Shown here in pieces: positions 24,976-38,510 of a stretch of DNA of 64,000 nucleotides; the first letter of the stretch is position 1, and each line of letters opens with the position of its first letter. The stretch lies in assembly GCF_006345805.1 (NCBI RefSeq), contig NC_043001.1, positions 40,982,001 to 41,046,000 on the forward strand. Direction: 5' to 3'. Under the pieces are notes generated by a model. It had not been told where the DNA came from, made no database searches, and was given only the letters and a program-made list of their open reading frames with translations. Position numbers and translations under genes: made by a program. Source of the stretch: Octopus sinensis (taxonomy: Eukaryota).

Positions 24976-25789
24976 TAACAGTAATTGTCACAGTGGTTAT
25001 AATATGTCTCACAAATATGGAGTGTTCTGCAATTCAATATTTAATTTGTATTTACTGAATAGTTTACTCTAATTGATTGTCTAATGTTTATTTTTTTAAG
25101 AGCATAATCTTTTCTTGCTATTCATGAGTCAGGTAGATCATATAAATTTACCATTTTACAATATCTGCCTTAAATTATACTATTTGATGGATAGGAGAAA
25201 ATTTATGGATACAAAAACAGAATCATCATCATTGTCACCAACATTTAATATCTGTTTTCCATGCTGGCATGGATTGGATGGCTTGACAGAAACTAGTAAG
25301 GCCAAGGGTCACACCAGGTTCCATAATCTGATTTGGCTTGGTGTCTACAGCTGGATGCCCTTCCTAATGCCAACCACTTTAAAGAGTGTATTGGATGTTT
25401 TTTACATGGCACCATCACAAATGCTTTTTACAAGGCTCTATCACCAATGCTTCTTTTTATGTGGCACCAGCACCCACACCAATGCTTGAAAAACAAAGTG
25501 AATTGAATTCATTATTAAATTCACCTTTTTCTAAATGGTGAGCTGGCAGAATCATTAGCATAACAGGCAAAATTCTTAGCAGCATTTCATCTGCTTTTAC
25601 ATTCTGAGTTTAAATTCTATCATCTTGATAAAATAGCTACCAGTTGAACACTGGGATTTATGTCATCAACTTATCCCCTTCCCCAAAATTGATGGCCTTG
25701 TGCCAAAAACTGAAACCATTATATTATCAAATTCACTTTATATTTATTTTTTTTGAAGTGTCAACATTTTTGTTGCACCCGTGCAAGCT

Positions 25790-25890
25790 ACTCACAACTC
25801 CTCTGGTCACAGCTCCTCTGTTCATAGCTCCTCTAGTCATAGTTCCGCTGGTCACAGCTCCTCTGTGCCAGTGACTCAGTTACAGCTTGA
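25790..25890. repeat. 15-bp minisatellite (GTCACAGCTCCTCTG), about 5-6 units
   Basis: Directly visible imperfect tandem units. Confidence 0.8.
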
Positions 25891-26075
25891 TAAAAATTTC
25901 AATGCCTCATGAAATATATAAAATGTGTTTTTACAGATTTTGTGCATTTTAAGATGGCTACAATGATTCTTCCAGTAATATAAAATTCTTCACTTTCAAC
26001 AGTCTCAAATCAAGTCACTTGCCAGACAAATACACACAACTGTGAGAAACATCATTTTCTTAGATAAATACTATA

Positions 26076-26238
26076 AGCGCAGGAGTGGCTGTGTGGTAAG
26101 TAGCTTACTTACCAACCACATGGTTCCAGGTTCAGTCCCACTGTGTGGCACCTTGGGCAAGTGTCTTCTACTATAGCCTCGGGTCAACCAAAGCCTTGTG
26201 AGTGGATTTGGTAGACGGAAACTGAAAGAAACCCGTCG

Positions 26239-26273
<35 letters not shown>

Positions 26274-26505
26274 CTGTGTATGTATATGTTTGTGTGTCTG
26301 TGTTTGTCCCCCCCCCCAACATTGCTTGACAACCTATGCTAGTGTGTTTATGTCCCCGTCACTTAGCAGTTCGGCAAGAGAGACCGATAGAATAAGTACT
26401 AGGCTTACAAAGAATAAGTCTTGGGGTCGATTTGCTCAACTAAAGGCGGTGCTCCAGCATGGCTGCAGTCAAATGACTGAAACAAATAAAAGAATAAAAG
26501 AAAGA
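26076..26505 (+). mobile_element. tRNA-derived SINE, family A
   Basis: Full-length match to the other family A copies. Confidence 0.85.
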
Positions 26506-27502
26506 AAGAAGGTTAGAATGACATTAAATTATATTTATATAAAAGCTTGGATCACTAATTTAGCTAAATTGATATGGTTTCTGATTTAGGCATGAAGCCA
26601 GTAGTTTTGAGGGATAGAGGGGTTAATCAGTTTCCTCTATCCCAGTATTTGACTGACTGGCACTTTTATCTTCCTTAGCTAAATTGATATGGTACCAGAC
26701 AAGCAGCTGAATGGTAAGCAGGTCATATCCTAGCATTATTGCTGCAGTGTCTTCGTATCTAAAAAAGACATTTAGCTCCCAATGGCCCAGTTCACTACAT
26801 ATCACATCATGGTCTGTGACTTTTATTTAGGCTGCAATAATACTTTAAAATGTACTGAATTCAGTTCTGCTTATACAAAAGGCTACCTGTGACAACCTGG
26901 TAAAGATTTTTGATTCATCAGCCTTGCAATCACTGTCACTGTCATCATCATCACCACCATCATCATCATCACCATCACCGTTGTCATTGTCATCATTATC
27001 ATCATCATTATTGTCTTAATACCTACTTTTCCATCCCTGCATGGGTCGGACAGAATTTGTTGAGGCAGATATTTTACAACAAGATGCCCTTCCTGTTACC
27101 AGCTCTCACTAGTTTCCAAGCAAAGTAATGATCCCCTATTTTATCAAACAACAAACAGCCCAGACATAGTTATGTGGTGAACTGGAAATAAGCAATATCT
27201 TTTGAATGAGCCTTTTAGTTTGCATAGATCGTGCAATATGTCAAAGCACGTCAATAACACTGAATATGCTTTCACAGTTGACTGCAAGCAAATGATAGCA
27301 AAGCTGTTTTATTGATAGCAAGGCTGTTACTTGTTTACAGTCAGCAAAACACACATAAAAATTAAGGGAATGTATTTAATATATATGTCTACACTCAAAA
27401 TAAATGTAATTATAGACAACAATTAAGACCTACTTTTTCTTTACAATTCATATCTAATTTTATATACTTAATAATCAATCACACAAACACATACATGCAC
27501 GT

Positions 27503-27552
<50 letters not shown>

Positions 27553-28130
27553 GCAACAGGTTTCTATCAACTAATTTCACTCACAAGGTACTGGTTGACT
27601 CATGGTTATAGAATAGAACAATAGCTGACAATGTTAATGTTCATACAGTAGGGCTGAACCTTTAACCACATAGTTCCAATACAAACTTCTTAATCACCCA
27701 GCCATACCTGTGCATGTATACACATTAAATTGATCACTTTATAAGCACAAATTTAAGAGAGTAAAACTTCAGTTCCATGCACATTTTTTTTTTTTGTGTC
27801 ATCATTTCATACTTTTAGAATGTTCTATTTAATGTTTTATAAATTGAATAGAAAATGTGAAACACATGGAAATTACATTGATTTGTATATGTACCATACC
27901 CTGAACATATTACTCTGATTGGTCAACATGTATCTCTTAGCCACAATGAATGTAACATTGGGAATGAATTTATTCACTGACTGCAAAGAAACAAGTGTTA
28001 CAGTGTTTGTCTTTGTGTCCCATAGCAAAACACACTATTCTACTGGGTATTTTATATTGTGAGCAAAATAGTTGTTTTTATCTACTTCATTGTTGATCAG
28101 TTTGTATGAGAAAAATATTTAACATTAACT

Positions 28131-29975
28131 TCATCATCTTCATCAACATTTAACGTCTGTTGTCTATGCTGGCATGGGTTGGATGGTTTGACAAAGGGCT
28201 GGTAAGCTGAGGGGCTGCACCAGGCTCCAGTCTGATTTGGCACAATTTCAACAGTTGGATGCCCTTTCCAACACCAATCACTCTGAGAGTATAATGGGTG
28301 CTTTTATGTGCCACCAGCATGGGTGCAAGTTGCATGACACCAGTATCTGCCACAACTCTGATTTCACTTGGCTTGATGGATTTTCCTTCTCAAGCACAGC
28401 ATATTGCCGAAGGTCTCAGTCATTTGTCATTGCCTCCATGAGGCCCAGCACTCAAAAGATGCTTTTTACTTGCCACCAGCACAGGTGCTAGTTCTACAAC
28501 ACTGGCATTAGCCACATTGCCTCCATGAGGCCTAACACTTGAAAGGTGCATTTTATGTGCCACTGTCAAGGGTGCTAGTTGCATGACACTGACAATGGCC
28601 ACAACTATGATTTCGCTTGGCTTGAAGAGTTTTCTCAAGGACACCATATTACTAAAGGTCTCGGTCACTAATCATTGCCTCTGTGAGGCCCAAGGTTCGA
28701 AGATCATGCTTCACCAACTCATCCCATGTCTTCCTAGGTCTCCCTCTTCCACAGCTTCCTTCTGCTGGTAGTGATTGGCACTTTTTCATACAGCTGTCCA
28801 CATCCATATACATCAAATGATCCTGCCAATACAGTTGTCTTTCATGCATACCACATCTGATGCCTCTTATGCCTAACTTTTCTCTCAAGATGCTTACACT
28901 CTGTTGAATATGCACACTGACATTACACATCCAGTGGAGCATACTAGCTTCTTTTCTTTCAAGCCTATGCATGTCCTTGGCAGTCACAGCCCATGTTTCA
29001 CTACCATGTAGCATGGCTGTTTACATACAGGCATCATACAATCTGCTTTTCACTCTGAGGGAGAGGCTCTTTGTTACCAACAGATGTGGGAGCTCTTTGA
29101 ACTTTGGCCAACCTATTCTTATTCTAGCAGCTATGCTCTCTGAGCATCTACCCCCACTACTAACTTATTCACCTAAGTAATAGAAGCTATCAATTACTTA
29201 TAGTTTTCCTCCTGGCATTCGATGGAATCTATTTTCTGTACAATTTTGTTTTAATTATACCTGTGCACCTCCCACACACAAAAACTAGTTTCCCTGTTAA
29301 CCTTCCTCTGATATTGTTGCATCTCATATGTGTCCATAGCTTACACCAAGTACATCTTATGGAATTTCTACTTATGCCTTTCCTACAGATTGAGCAGGGC
29401 CATCTACCTGAGGGAATTTGTGATTTGTCTGCTTTCCTACTTACTAAGACTTTGATTTTTGCTAGGTTAACTCTAACGCCCTTTGATTCTAGACCTTGTT
29501 TCCACACCTGGTAGTGATTCAGCTATTACAACAAGATCATCAGCATAGAGAAGCTCCCAGGGACAGCTCATCTTAAATTCCTCTGTTACTGCCTGGAGGA
29601 CTATGATGAACAAGAGGTGGCTGAGGACCGATCCTTGGTGAACCCCTACTTGTATCCTGAATTCTGCACTATACTTGTTGCCAGCCCTCAACTTACTGAC
29701 AGCATCCCTGTACATGGCTTGTACAGCTCTCACCAGCCACTGGTCTATCCCTAGTTTCTGTGTTGACCACCAGATAAGGGATAGGGGAATCTCGTCAAAG
29801 ACTTTCTCCATATCAACGAAAGCCAAGTTCAGTGGTTTATCTTTGGTTATGTATTTCTCTTGCTGCTGCCTTACAAGAAATATAGCATCAGTGGTTCTTC
29901 TCCTTGACCCAAAACCAAACTGCATCCCATCTAGACTAACTCTCTTCCTAATTAGTTGAGCTATGACCCTCTCTG
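28131..29975 (-). mobile_element. RTE-clade LINE, 5'-truncated
   Basis: MQFGF...TTDAIF, AFVDMEKVFD, GVHQGSVLS, ELLYADDL, MLHGSETW and GRGRPRKTW. Confidence 0.93.
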
Positions 29976-31355
29976 TAGAAATTTATCCAAGTTTAATTAT
30001 CAGGTAAAGTAAGCATTTCTTTTGTCTAGTTCTCATCAATATATGTCCGATGTGAGGAACATAGAGTATTGATGAGATGCAGATTTTGTATATTGAACAC
30101 TAAGTAGATTCTTCCACCAGAGATTCTTATGCAGATCATCCACTTCTGTGAGAAACATCCTGTGATGCAGATACTTTTCTTAGACTTGCTACAACTTTCA
30201 TGGAATTATTGCTGAAAGACATCTTTTCTTTACATATAAATGTTAGTCTTTAACTGAATTTTTGAACTCATCACAGCAAATTAATACAGCACTTGTTTAT
30301 TTACTCTATGTCCTCCACTACCAACAGCATTTACTTACACTTCCTTATAACACTTATTTCATGATTGACCAGACTATCAGATGCCATTATACATCACTGG
30401 TTACAATGTGCTTTGCATCATTTTAGCTTTTGAATGATGCCACCTGGTTGGCTAGGTGAGCAGGCCAACATTCTCCTTGATCGTAAGGTTATTCCATTGC
30501 AGGGTTATCCATTTACAGCTGAGTTGACTGGAACAACATGAAACGAAGTGTTTTGCTCAAAAACACAATGTATCACTCAGTATGGAAATTGAACCCACAA
30601 TCTAACAATCATGAGTACAACACCCAAGCCATTAGGCCACATGCCTTTATCATACAACCTATTGACTGCTGAGTATATTGAACATTGAAAATTAAGTACC
30701 TTTGCTGGGAGCTGTTGTGCAGCACTAGTGAGAGGATATAGACTTTTACACCAGCCAGCTTATATCCACTAACAACTCAGCAGCTTTGACTCTCTACAGC
30801 AGTACGAAAGTTTGTTAAATGATAAATTCACCTGGTGATATTTCATTTAATGAACTTTCATATTTGTAGAACGACTCAATATATACCAGCATGATAAAAG
30901 ATAAAAGAATATAAAAGGCATTGGATTATATTTCTGTGTAATGAAAAGACTTAATCTACTAATGTATCTTCATATCAAAAACTTGATTCAGCATCTGTTT
31001 TTCCCTACTGATGAAAGTTTGTTAGATCTGTAGTGTTGTTTTTCCAAGACTGCTTTTATCTAATTCTTGCAGATTACATCTAAATCACTTCAAATCATCA
31101 ATCCATCCTTAATAATATACTCTCAGTTATTAGTTAAAAATAATTAAAGTATTGTATACAGTGCTCAGGCATACAACAATTTGTTGGAGAAGAGTTAAAA
31201 AAGAAAACAGAAAGTAGCAATAAGTCAAGTAAAAAAAGACAGCAATGATAGCCAAAATTCATAGTGTGCAGGACAAAACACATGGGGGCAAAAAAGTGAA
31301 AAGTAAAAGAGCCATAAAGAGGAAAAGATGCATAACACACTGGATTTGCTGAGCT

Positions 31356-31694
31356 GAGACTCCCTTCGGTCATGACTGACCGTGGTATTGCACCTAGAAA
31401 GTTACCCTCCGAGGCACAAGTCTGGGCAAGGTTGTTTATGGAAGACCAGCAGTCACCCATGCATACCAGCCTCCCTTCTCCATGCCACCAGTGTTATCCA
31501 AGAGAAAGGCAAAGGCCAATACAGTTTGGCACCTGTGACGTCACGGCTCATTTCTACAGCTGAGTGAACTGGAGCAACATGAAATAAAGTGTCTTGCTCA
31601 AGAATACAACACGCAGCCTGGTCCTGGATTTGAACTCACAACCTCGCTATCATAAGCTCAACACTCTAACCACTGAGCCATGCACCTTCACACT
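31356..31694 (-). mobile_element. tRNA-derived SINE, family C
   Basis: Head TGGCTCAGTGGTTAGAG...GAGTTCAAATCC; second copy at 63425-63730 and a related one at ~30360-30646. Confidence 0.78.
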
Positions 31695-31899
31695 GGAGTA
31701 ATGTTAGTGAATTTCAGGCAACATGGAATCTTTGAAGGATACAGTATCTTGATATTTAACGACACTTTTCACCATCAGAATTGCTTCAACAGTTCTGATG
31801 TTGTAAAAGGGTTTTGAAAAGTTATAGGTGCTGAGTTTGTTTTTGCTTTTTTGTTTTATTTTATAAGCATCCTACCAATGAAAGAAATATTGAATAAAA

Positions 31900-32330
31900 A
31901 AGGTGGCTAAAGTTTTTGTTTGAAAGATGGTGAATAATCTTGTGGATTTCTATCTGTTGATGCTTTAGTGTGTCAACATCGAGGGAAGCAAGACATTCAA
32001 GATATGGTAAGTCACATATAGAGGGTACTTGTTTGTAGAGCTTCAAGTAGATCAATATTCTAGACAAAATGGGTATTCCAGACTGGTGATACAAACTGTA
32101 AGTGTGGAGGTACTATAGCCATAGAGAACTTCAAATAATAGATTGCTAGCAAACAACTGACAAAGTCTTACTGTGTAATGCTAAGATGCCTTCAACCTTT
32201 TCAATGAATTTACAAATATGGTTAATCTAATGCAGATTATTGTTGACAATAATACCTAAGTTATATTTATTAACCAGCTTCTTAAGATTGGTGTTGTGAA
32301 GGGAGTACATAAATCTCAGGTCTTTTTCCT
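31900..32330 (-). mobile_element. Old CR1/L2-type LINE RT-tail fragment
   Basis: NLGIIVNNNL..NHI and LPYLECLASLDVDTL resemble the CR1-group C-terminus; heavily decayed. Confidence 0.5.
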
Positions 32331-32699
32331 CCCAAAATGTATAGTGGTGCACTTGCCACAGCCAACTTGAGTTGCCTGTCAACAATCCATCACTACGTTG
32401 TGCCCAGGTCAAATTGGAAGAAAGATCTATAGCATATAGGATCAGTTCTTTCTGATTTAGGCACAATGCCTGCAGTTATGAAGGGAGGATTAAGTCATTA
32501 CCATTGTTCCAAGTAGTAGACTAGTTCTTTATTTTATTGACACTGGAGAGATGGAAAGCAAATTGACCTTGGTGGAATTTGAACTCAGAAAGTAAATCCA
32601 GAAGAAATGCTGGAAAACATTTTGCCCGGCATGCTAATGATTCTGCCAATAATAATAATAATAATAAACTACTATAAAATAACCACCATAGGATTTCAG

Positions 32700-33490
32700 A
32701 AATATTTAATTCAGAAACAAGGAAAACTGGTACAAATAGCAACAAAACATGAGCAAAACACAAAAATCAGAAAGAAGTCATAGTACCTAACAACTATGAA
32801 GGAAACAAAGAAACAACAAAAGTTATAAAACATACTAACAGCACTATAAAACAAACTAAAGAAGAAATGGAGAGAAAAATCACTCCATGACCAATACTCT
32901 GCAAGGCTTGACTGAGAAGAGGTGTGTCTTAGTAAAAGCTGACAATGGCTCAAAAGTTCTGGACTAAAAGCTGAAATGGAAGGACTGGTTCTCACTGCAC
33001 ATGATCAATGCCTGACCACAAACAACTATAAAAATAATGAATTAAAAATAGGCCCTAATACCAAATGCAGAATGTGCAACCAGCACAATGAGACAGTTGA
33101 CCACATCATTTCTGGCTGTCCAGTCTTTGCCAAATCTGAATATAAATACAGACATGACCATGTAAGTAATTATATTCACTGAACAATATGCCAACACTAC
33201 AACATAAAAACAGACAAGAAATGGTATAAACATGTGCTAAACAAGGTACATGACAATGACCAGGCCACAATCATCTGGAATGTACCCATTCAAACTGACA
33301 AAGGAATTAAAAGCTAATCACCCAGGCATAATAATTAAGGATTGAAAAAAAACACCTGCTTACTGATAGACATTACAGTCCCTTCTGACCTAAATATTGT
33401 CCAAAAAGAAGTGAATAAACTGTCCAAGCACAAAGACTTCAAAATTGAAGTATTCAGGTTGTGGGATATGAAGGTGAAAACATCAATACC
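32700..33490 (+). mobile_element. R4/Dong-type non-LTR element 3' fragment (CCHC plus restriction-like endonuclease)
   Basis: WLKSSGLKAEMEG, CRMC...ETVDHIISGC...YKYRHDHV and CLLIDITVPSD.NI..KE..KLSK. Confidence 0.85.
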
Positions 33491-34030
33491 AGTATTTCAG
33501 GAATGTACTTATATATCTACATAAATACATGCATATATATATGTATACACACACACACATGTATGTATGATTTTTCTTTGAGCTTTATCTCAGTTCTTCT
33601 TGAAAGAGTTCAAACTTGTCACTAACAAAGCGACAAGGCTTTTTGAGTCAAGAAAGTTCCCAGTGTTTTTGAATATGTGGTTCATTTGGAATGTTGGTTG
33701 AACTGTCAATGCATACACCAAAGTGTGTGTGCATCTATTCACATAGGAATCTCACATGGAGAAATTTCTGAATGTCTTACAAATCTTCACAGTGCCACTA
33801 ATAGGATGGATGGATGGATGGGTGGGTGGATGGATGGATAGATGGGTGGATGGGTGGGTTTGGATGGGTGGGTGGGTGTATGTCATTATACAGTTTATTT
33901 CAAGATTTCTTGTCAATAGAGAAAAAACCGGTTTCTAACCTAGATCCAAGGCTCTTTCAACATCAACAACAGGAGAATTTCTGTTCGTATGTATGTATAT
34001 ATGTACGTATGAATGTATGTATGAATGTAT

Positions 34031-34070
<40 letters not shown>

Positions 34071-34159
34071 ATGTATTATGTATGTGCAGATTTGTATGCT
34101 TGTATATTTTATGTGTGTATTCTCATGCATATAGTTACATATCTAGACATGCTCATATA

Positions 34160-34785
34160 TATTTAAATGATAAACTTCTGGAAAGTTTTACAGTTCCAGT
34201 GATGGATTAAATCTGTAGTCTTTGAATTAGCTTTCTCTTTCTGGTTTGCAAAGCCTAATTTCTCAAGATTGGTATTTAGGCAGTGTTTTACATATCCTAG
34301 GGCCCCGATAATTACAGGTATAAACCTGAACATGTAATCTGGATAGAGTAACTGCAGATTTCTCAATAATCCAGCATAGGTGTTCCCTTTTTCACTGATC
34401 TTCAGCTTTATGTTAACATCCAGTGGGCAGCTAATTTCCACAACTGTTAACAGTTTGTCTTCTCTATCCCATATCAGGTCTGTTGTGCTTACCTTTTATT
34501 GAGGTCTTCACTGGTACATTCCACCAGTATTCCTTTTTATTATGAGTGGCTATTGCTTCTACCATATTGTAGGTTCTTATTTCTTTGTCCTCAGGATTAT
34601 CCTTCCAACGGATTTCATTATAGAGTGTCCTAGCTAAAACATCATGTCTCATCAGTAGATAATACTGTGATGACATTTTCAGACAACTGCTTATGATGTG
34701 TGTGATATCTTCAGTGTGAACTCCACAAATTCTACATCAGTTTACGGCTTTTACTGCATCTTTTTCCCTTGTGTGCATCAGGTAT
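34160..34785 (-). mobile_element. Second RLE-type non-LTR 3' fragment
   Basis: C.ICGVHTEDITHIISSC...RHDVLAR, NRPD, EISCP...K...Y and IPVIIGALG. Confidence 0.82.
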
Positions 34786-36363
34786 GTGTGTGTGTGTGTG
34801 TGAATGTATGAGGTCTTTTGTTGACATCAACTCTGATCTGTTCCATTTACTTTATTAATGTTCAAAGCTAACTCTAAGAATTTACTTGCGAGGTGTTTCT
34901 GCTAGAGTAGGATCTTGAAATGGGAAATTTTGAGTTGTGCGCAAAGGTTATGAATCAATTATAGTTGTATTATTCAAGGTGCATTACTCTTGTAGTAGCC
35001 AATAACTAGTTGTAAAATTATCCGCATTTTAAAAACAGGAGATGATGTAGTCAAAATAACTTTTTTTCGCATACCAACACGATTTTATCCAATTAATGGC
35101 CATTTTCTTTTTCAAAAAATTCATTTTAAACAATATTGTCTCAGACATGTAATCCCTGCAATTAATTAATCTGATAGTCGTTATGAATTTATTAGAATGA
35201 TTGAAGAGTTACCTCCCTTACTTTGTGGTGTTTGATATAGTTTCCAGTAGAGATATTTCATTATTGTCAGCAAAGCAATTATTCGTTTATTAAAGAAATG
35301 GGTGTATGACGACGTGGCAAAGAGACTGACCTTCAATTTATTTCTTTTTATGGAATTTAATAATCGTTTTTGATCTGTATGGATTTCTGTAAAAGGTATT
35401 CAGTCACTATAATATCATAATCTCTTCATATGATCGGGTGTAGATTTTGTTTACCAAGATCTCTAAATTCAAGTCAGCTTGTACATAAAAGACTGTCGGT
35501 GGTTGCATCTGATATATTTGAGAACATGAGTTCAAACTATGCGCTGAGACTGCAAACAAATATTGTTTTAAACGAGCCAATGAGGGAGACTTGACCGGCA
35601 TCGTTCAAGCAAACTCTACGATCTAAACTAAGAACCCATTGAATAATGTAATGCAGGGTGCACTATATCTGAGGTGGAGAGAGACTGCTCTAGCTAACTG
35701 GAATGCCTTTAATCGTATATCTACCCAATCAGGGCTGACTTGGGGCAAACAACTACAACTTTCCTTATATACAAAAGGTTGTCTTTTGATGTTTCAAAAT
35801 GACGACTATTATCTTATTCTCTTCGTCTATATTCTTAATTCTTATTCTTATCGTCTATATTCTCAATTCTAGAGAAATGTTGATTGACTTCAAACAATAC
35901 CTATGTTGTTAGAGCGTCTTGTACAACCCCAGATCGCAAGAAGATATTGTATATGGCATTATGAGCAAGTGAAACATCACTTTTACAATAGAGCTTTTTA
36001 TCTAGCACAGAGGACCGTTCTATTCTTACATAGTTAAATTTCTTCGTCATGTGCATAATACAGTAGTGATGGCAGAATATGAACTTCCGGTTTCTATCTA
36101 CACCACTATTTAAAACTCAATTGTAACAGTTATCTATAACTATTGCTCAAGTTAATACGACGAATGCTCAAATTTATTTTATTACTGGTGAAGGAAGTTC
36201 CTATTATAATTATTTCTATGGGTTGTTTCCCCTTGTAAGATTTTAATTTGTATTTCCTTCTCCCTATGGCAAATACAAAATAGACTGAAACTAATAAATT
36301 ATGCTGTGACGATGATGACTATTACAATGCCGAAAACGACCTTTTATATTTCAGTTAGTGTCG

Positions 36364-37155
36364 AATCTTTTCTGTTTGGCTGCCTACATTTCAAAAATTA
36401 AAGTTTATTTTAAAATTTGGCACATTAATGTACTTTTCAAAGTTGAATTGCAGGGGTTATTTCACTTTTTCTAGAAAAATGGTTTTTAAAAAGTTATAGA
36501 AGTTTAAAATTTGATCATTTTCACCCAATCAGAAAACAGGATTTGGGAGCTGTCATTTTGTGTGACTGCACATTTTTGTTGTCGACATCCTGAAAATAAC
36601 ACGATGTCAATATTTGTATTCCACATGCAAGAAACTGGTAAACAACACGTCTTTTGTAGTTTTAAGCATTCAATATACATTTAATGCGATAGCACAAACT
36701 TAAAAGATTTATCGAAAAACAAAATAGCACATTACAAATTAAATATTTTTTTTAAAAAACAAGCATTTTGTTGACCAGTTCATTGAAAACGATCTATTTC
36801 GATCTATTTCTTGAACAAATTACAATTTTCATATCTCATGACCCACAAGCTCAATTGTCAACAGATAGGTAAAACAAGTGGTTTTAATATATTTATTAAC
36901 TCATGCTTTCTTGCAGACAAAAAAGTTCTCATGTTCCGCTTGTTACAATGGAAACAGGCATGAATGTGTCTGTGGTTTACGATTGGCTGAGATTACCCAA
37001 AATTTTCAAATTTTAATTTCTGATAATACTTTATTTATTGATTTATAGTGAAAATGATTTTCATGTCATTCATTAGCCTATAAAAGTGTATCATTACACT
37101 GAATATGAAATCAATTTGAACAGAAATTAATGCTGACAGCTGAACAGAAAAGATC
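36364..37155. mobile_element. Non-autonomous DNA element with (G)ATCTTTTC-type TIRs
   Basis: ATCTTTTCTGTTTGGCTGCC at the left and GACAGCTGAACAGAAAAGAT at the right; termini resemble those of 42948-43353. Confidence 0.5.
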
Positions 37156-37189
37156 TTTTTCCTCTACCAAAGCGTAGTCAAGTTTAATG

Positions 37190-37500
37190 AATACCCTGAT
37201 AACGCATGCCCATGCATGCATCTGCTGATTAAGGTTACCTCACTCTATAAAATGCACAAGGATTCCTCCAAACACAGATGGCAATTTCTAGATAAAGTAT
37301 CATACGAGTGTGCATTCTATATTTTATTCCATCCTCTTTTAGTCTCCATATTAGGTCCACTAGTGAGATAGAATGTCTGATGAATTCTATTAAAACGGGC
37401 ACCGTACGTTTTATAGATATTTGTTTCATTTTGATATATATAGATATAATTTAATATAGTATTTGATAAAGGAGACCAGATGGAGAGTTTTTTAACAGAT
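37190..37500 (-). pseudogene. Decayed Penelope-type GIY-YIG relic
   Basis: SLVDLIWRLKEDGIKYR then, frameshifted, SYDTLSRNCHLCLEESLCIL*...SRCMH parallel GLSKLIWRLKDANLSYR...PFDRGRRQCNLCVSELFHIL...RCPH in the 4172-5518 ORF. Confidence 0.65.
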
Positions 37501-38157
37501 AACTATCAATTCATTAGCATATTGTCAATTTACACTTGCCACAACTGTTTCCGGCAATCTTTTGTTTCGACTCAAAGGCATGTGTGCACAGCTCAGCTGT
37601 TACAATGTGGTGTCTGGTAAATTTATTTATTTATTTATTTCTGTGGCTGGAAATGCACATTTTGTTTGAAGTCAGCATAAAGTGAAAGAGAGAGAAAATT
37701 GACAGGGACATGTGCATGTGTTGATGGTGGGGTGCAAGAAAGTGTGTGTTGTGTATGTGAGAGAGAAAGAGAAAGAGAGAAAGAAAGAGAGAGAGACAAT
37801 AGATGTATTTTGGTGTGTGTGTGTGAAGGAGAGAACAGCATACATTTTTTATTTATTTTTCCTCACATCTTTTTTGAGTGTGTGATTGACTGAGAGAGAG
37901 AGAGGTGTGTTGTTGGAAAGAGAGAGAGAAAGAGAAAGTGTCTATCGCTGTATGTGTGAGACAGAGAGAGAAGGAGAGAGCATAAATTTTATTTATTTAC
38001 TTTTTCTTGCATCTTTTTTAGTTTGACTAAGAGAGAGAGAGAGAGAGAGGTGCATCATGCTTTGTGTGTGAGTGAGAGAGGGAGAGAGTGTGTTGCTGTG
38101 TGTGTGAGACACCATTTTTAAATTTAAAAATGCTCATTTGCCTGAGAAACACATATA

Positions 38158-38510
38158 GGCGTAGGAGTGGCTGTGTGGTAAGTAGCTTGTTTACCAACCA
38201 CATGGTTCTGGGTTCAGTCCCACTGCGTGGCACCTTGGGCAAGTGTCTTCTACTATAGCCTCGGGCCGACCAAAGCCTTGTGAGACGGAAACTGAAAGAA
38301 GCCCGTCGTATATATGTATATATATATATGTGTTGCTTGACAACTGATGTTGGTGTGTTTATGTCCCCGTTACTTAGCGGTTCGGCAAAAAGAGACCGAT
38401 AGAATAAGTACTAGGCTTACAAAAGAATAAGTCCCGGGGTCAAGTTGCTCGATTAAAGGCGGTGCTCCAGCATGGCCGCAGTCAAATGACTGAAACAAGT
38501 AAAAGAGAGT
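38158..38510 (+). mobile_element. tRNA-derived SINE, family A, with internal deletions
   Basis: Match to the other family A copies. Confidence 0.85.

Noticed and set aside
24863-25072. Poly-Gly ORF
   Set aside because: Translation of a (GGT)n microsatellite.
25790-25890. CRISPR-like regular repeats (also the RTE 3' UTR repeats at 17690-18250)
   Set aside because: No unique spacers, no cas genes, eukaryotic context.
31620-31694. Possible tRNA genes (also 8960-9030 and 39940-40058)
   Set aside because: A and B boxes are present but the cloverleaf is imperfect and each runs into a repeat body; treated as SINE heads.
35407-35601. 64 aa minus-strand ORF in non-repetitive sequence
   Set aside because: No recognisable homology or supporting splice pattern; cannot be supported as an exon.
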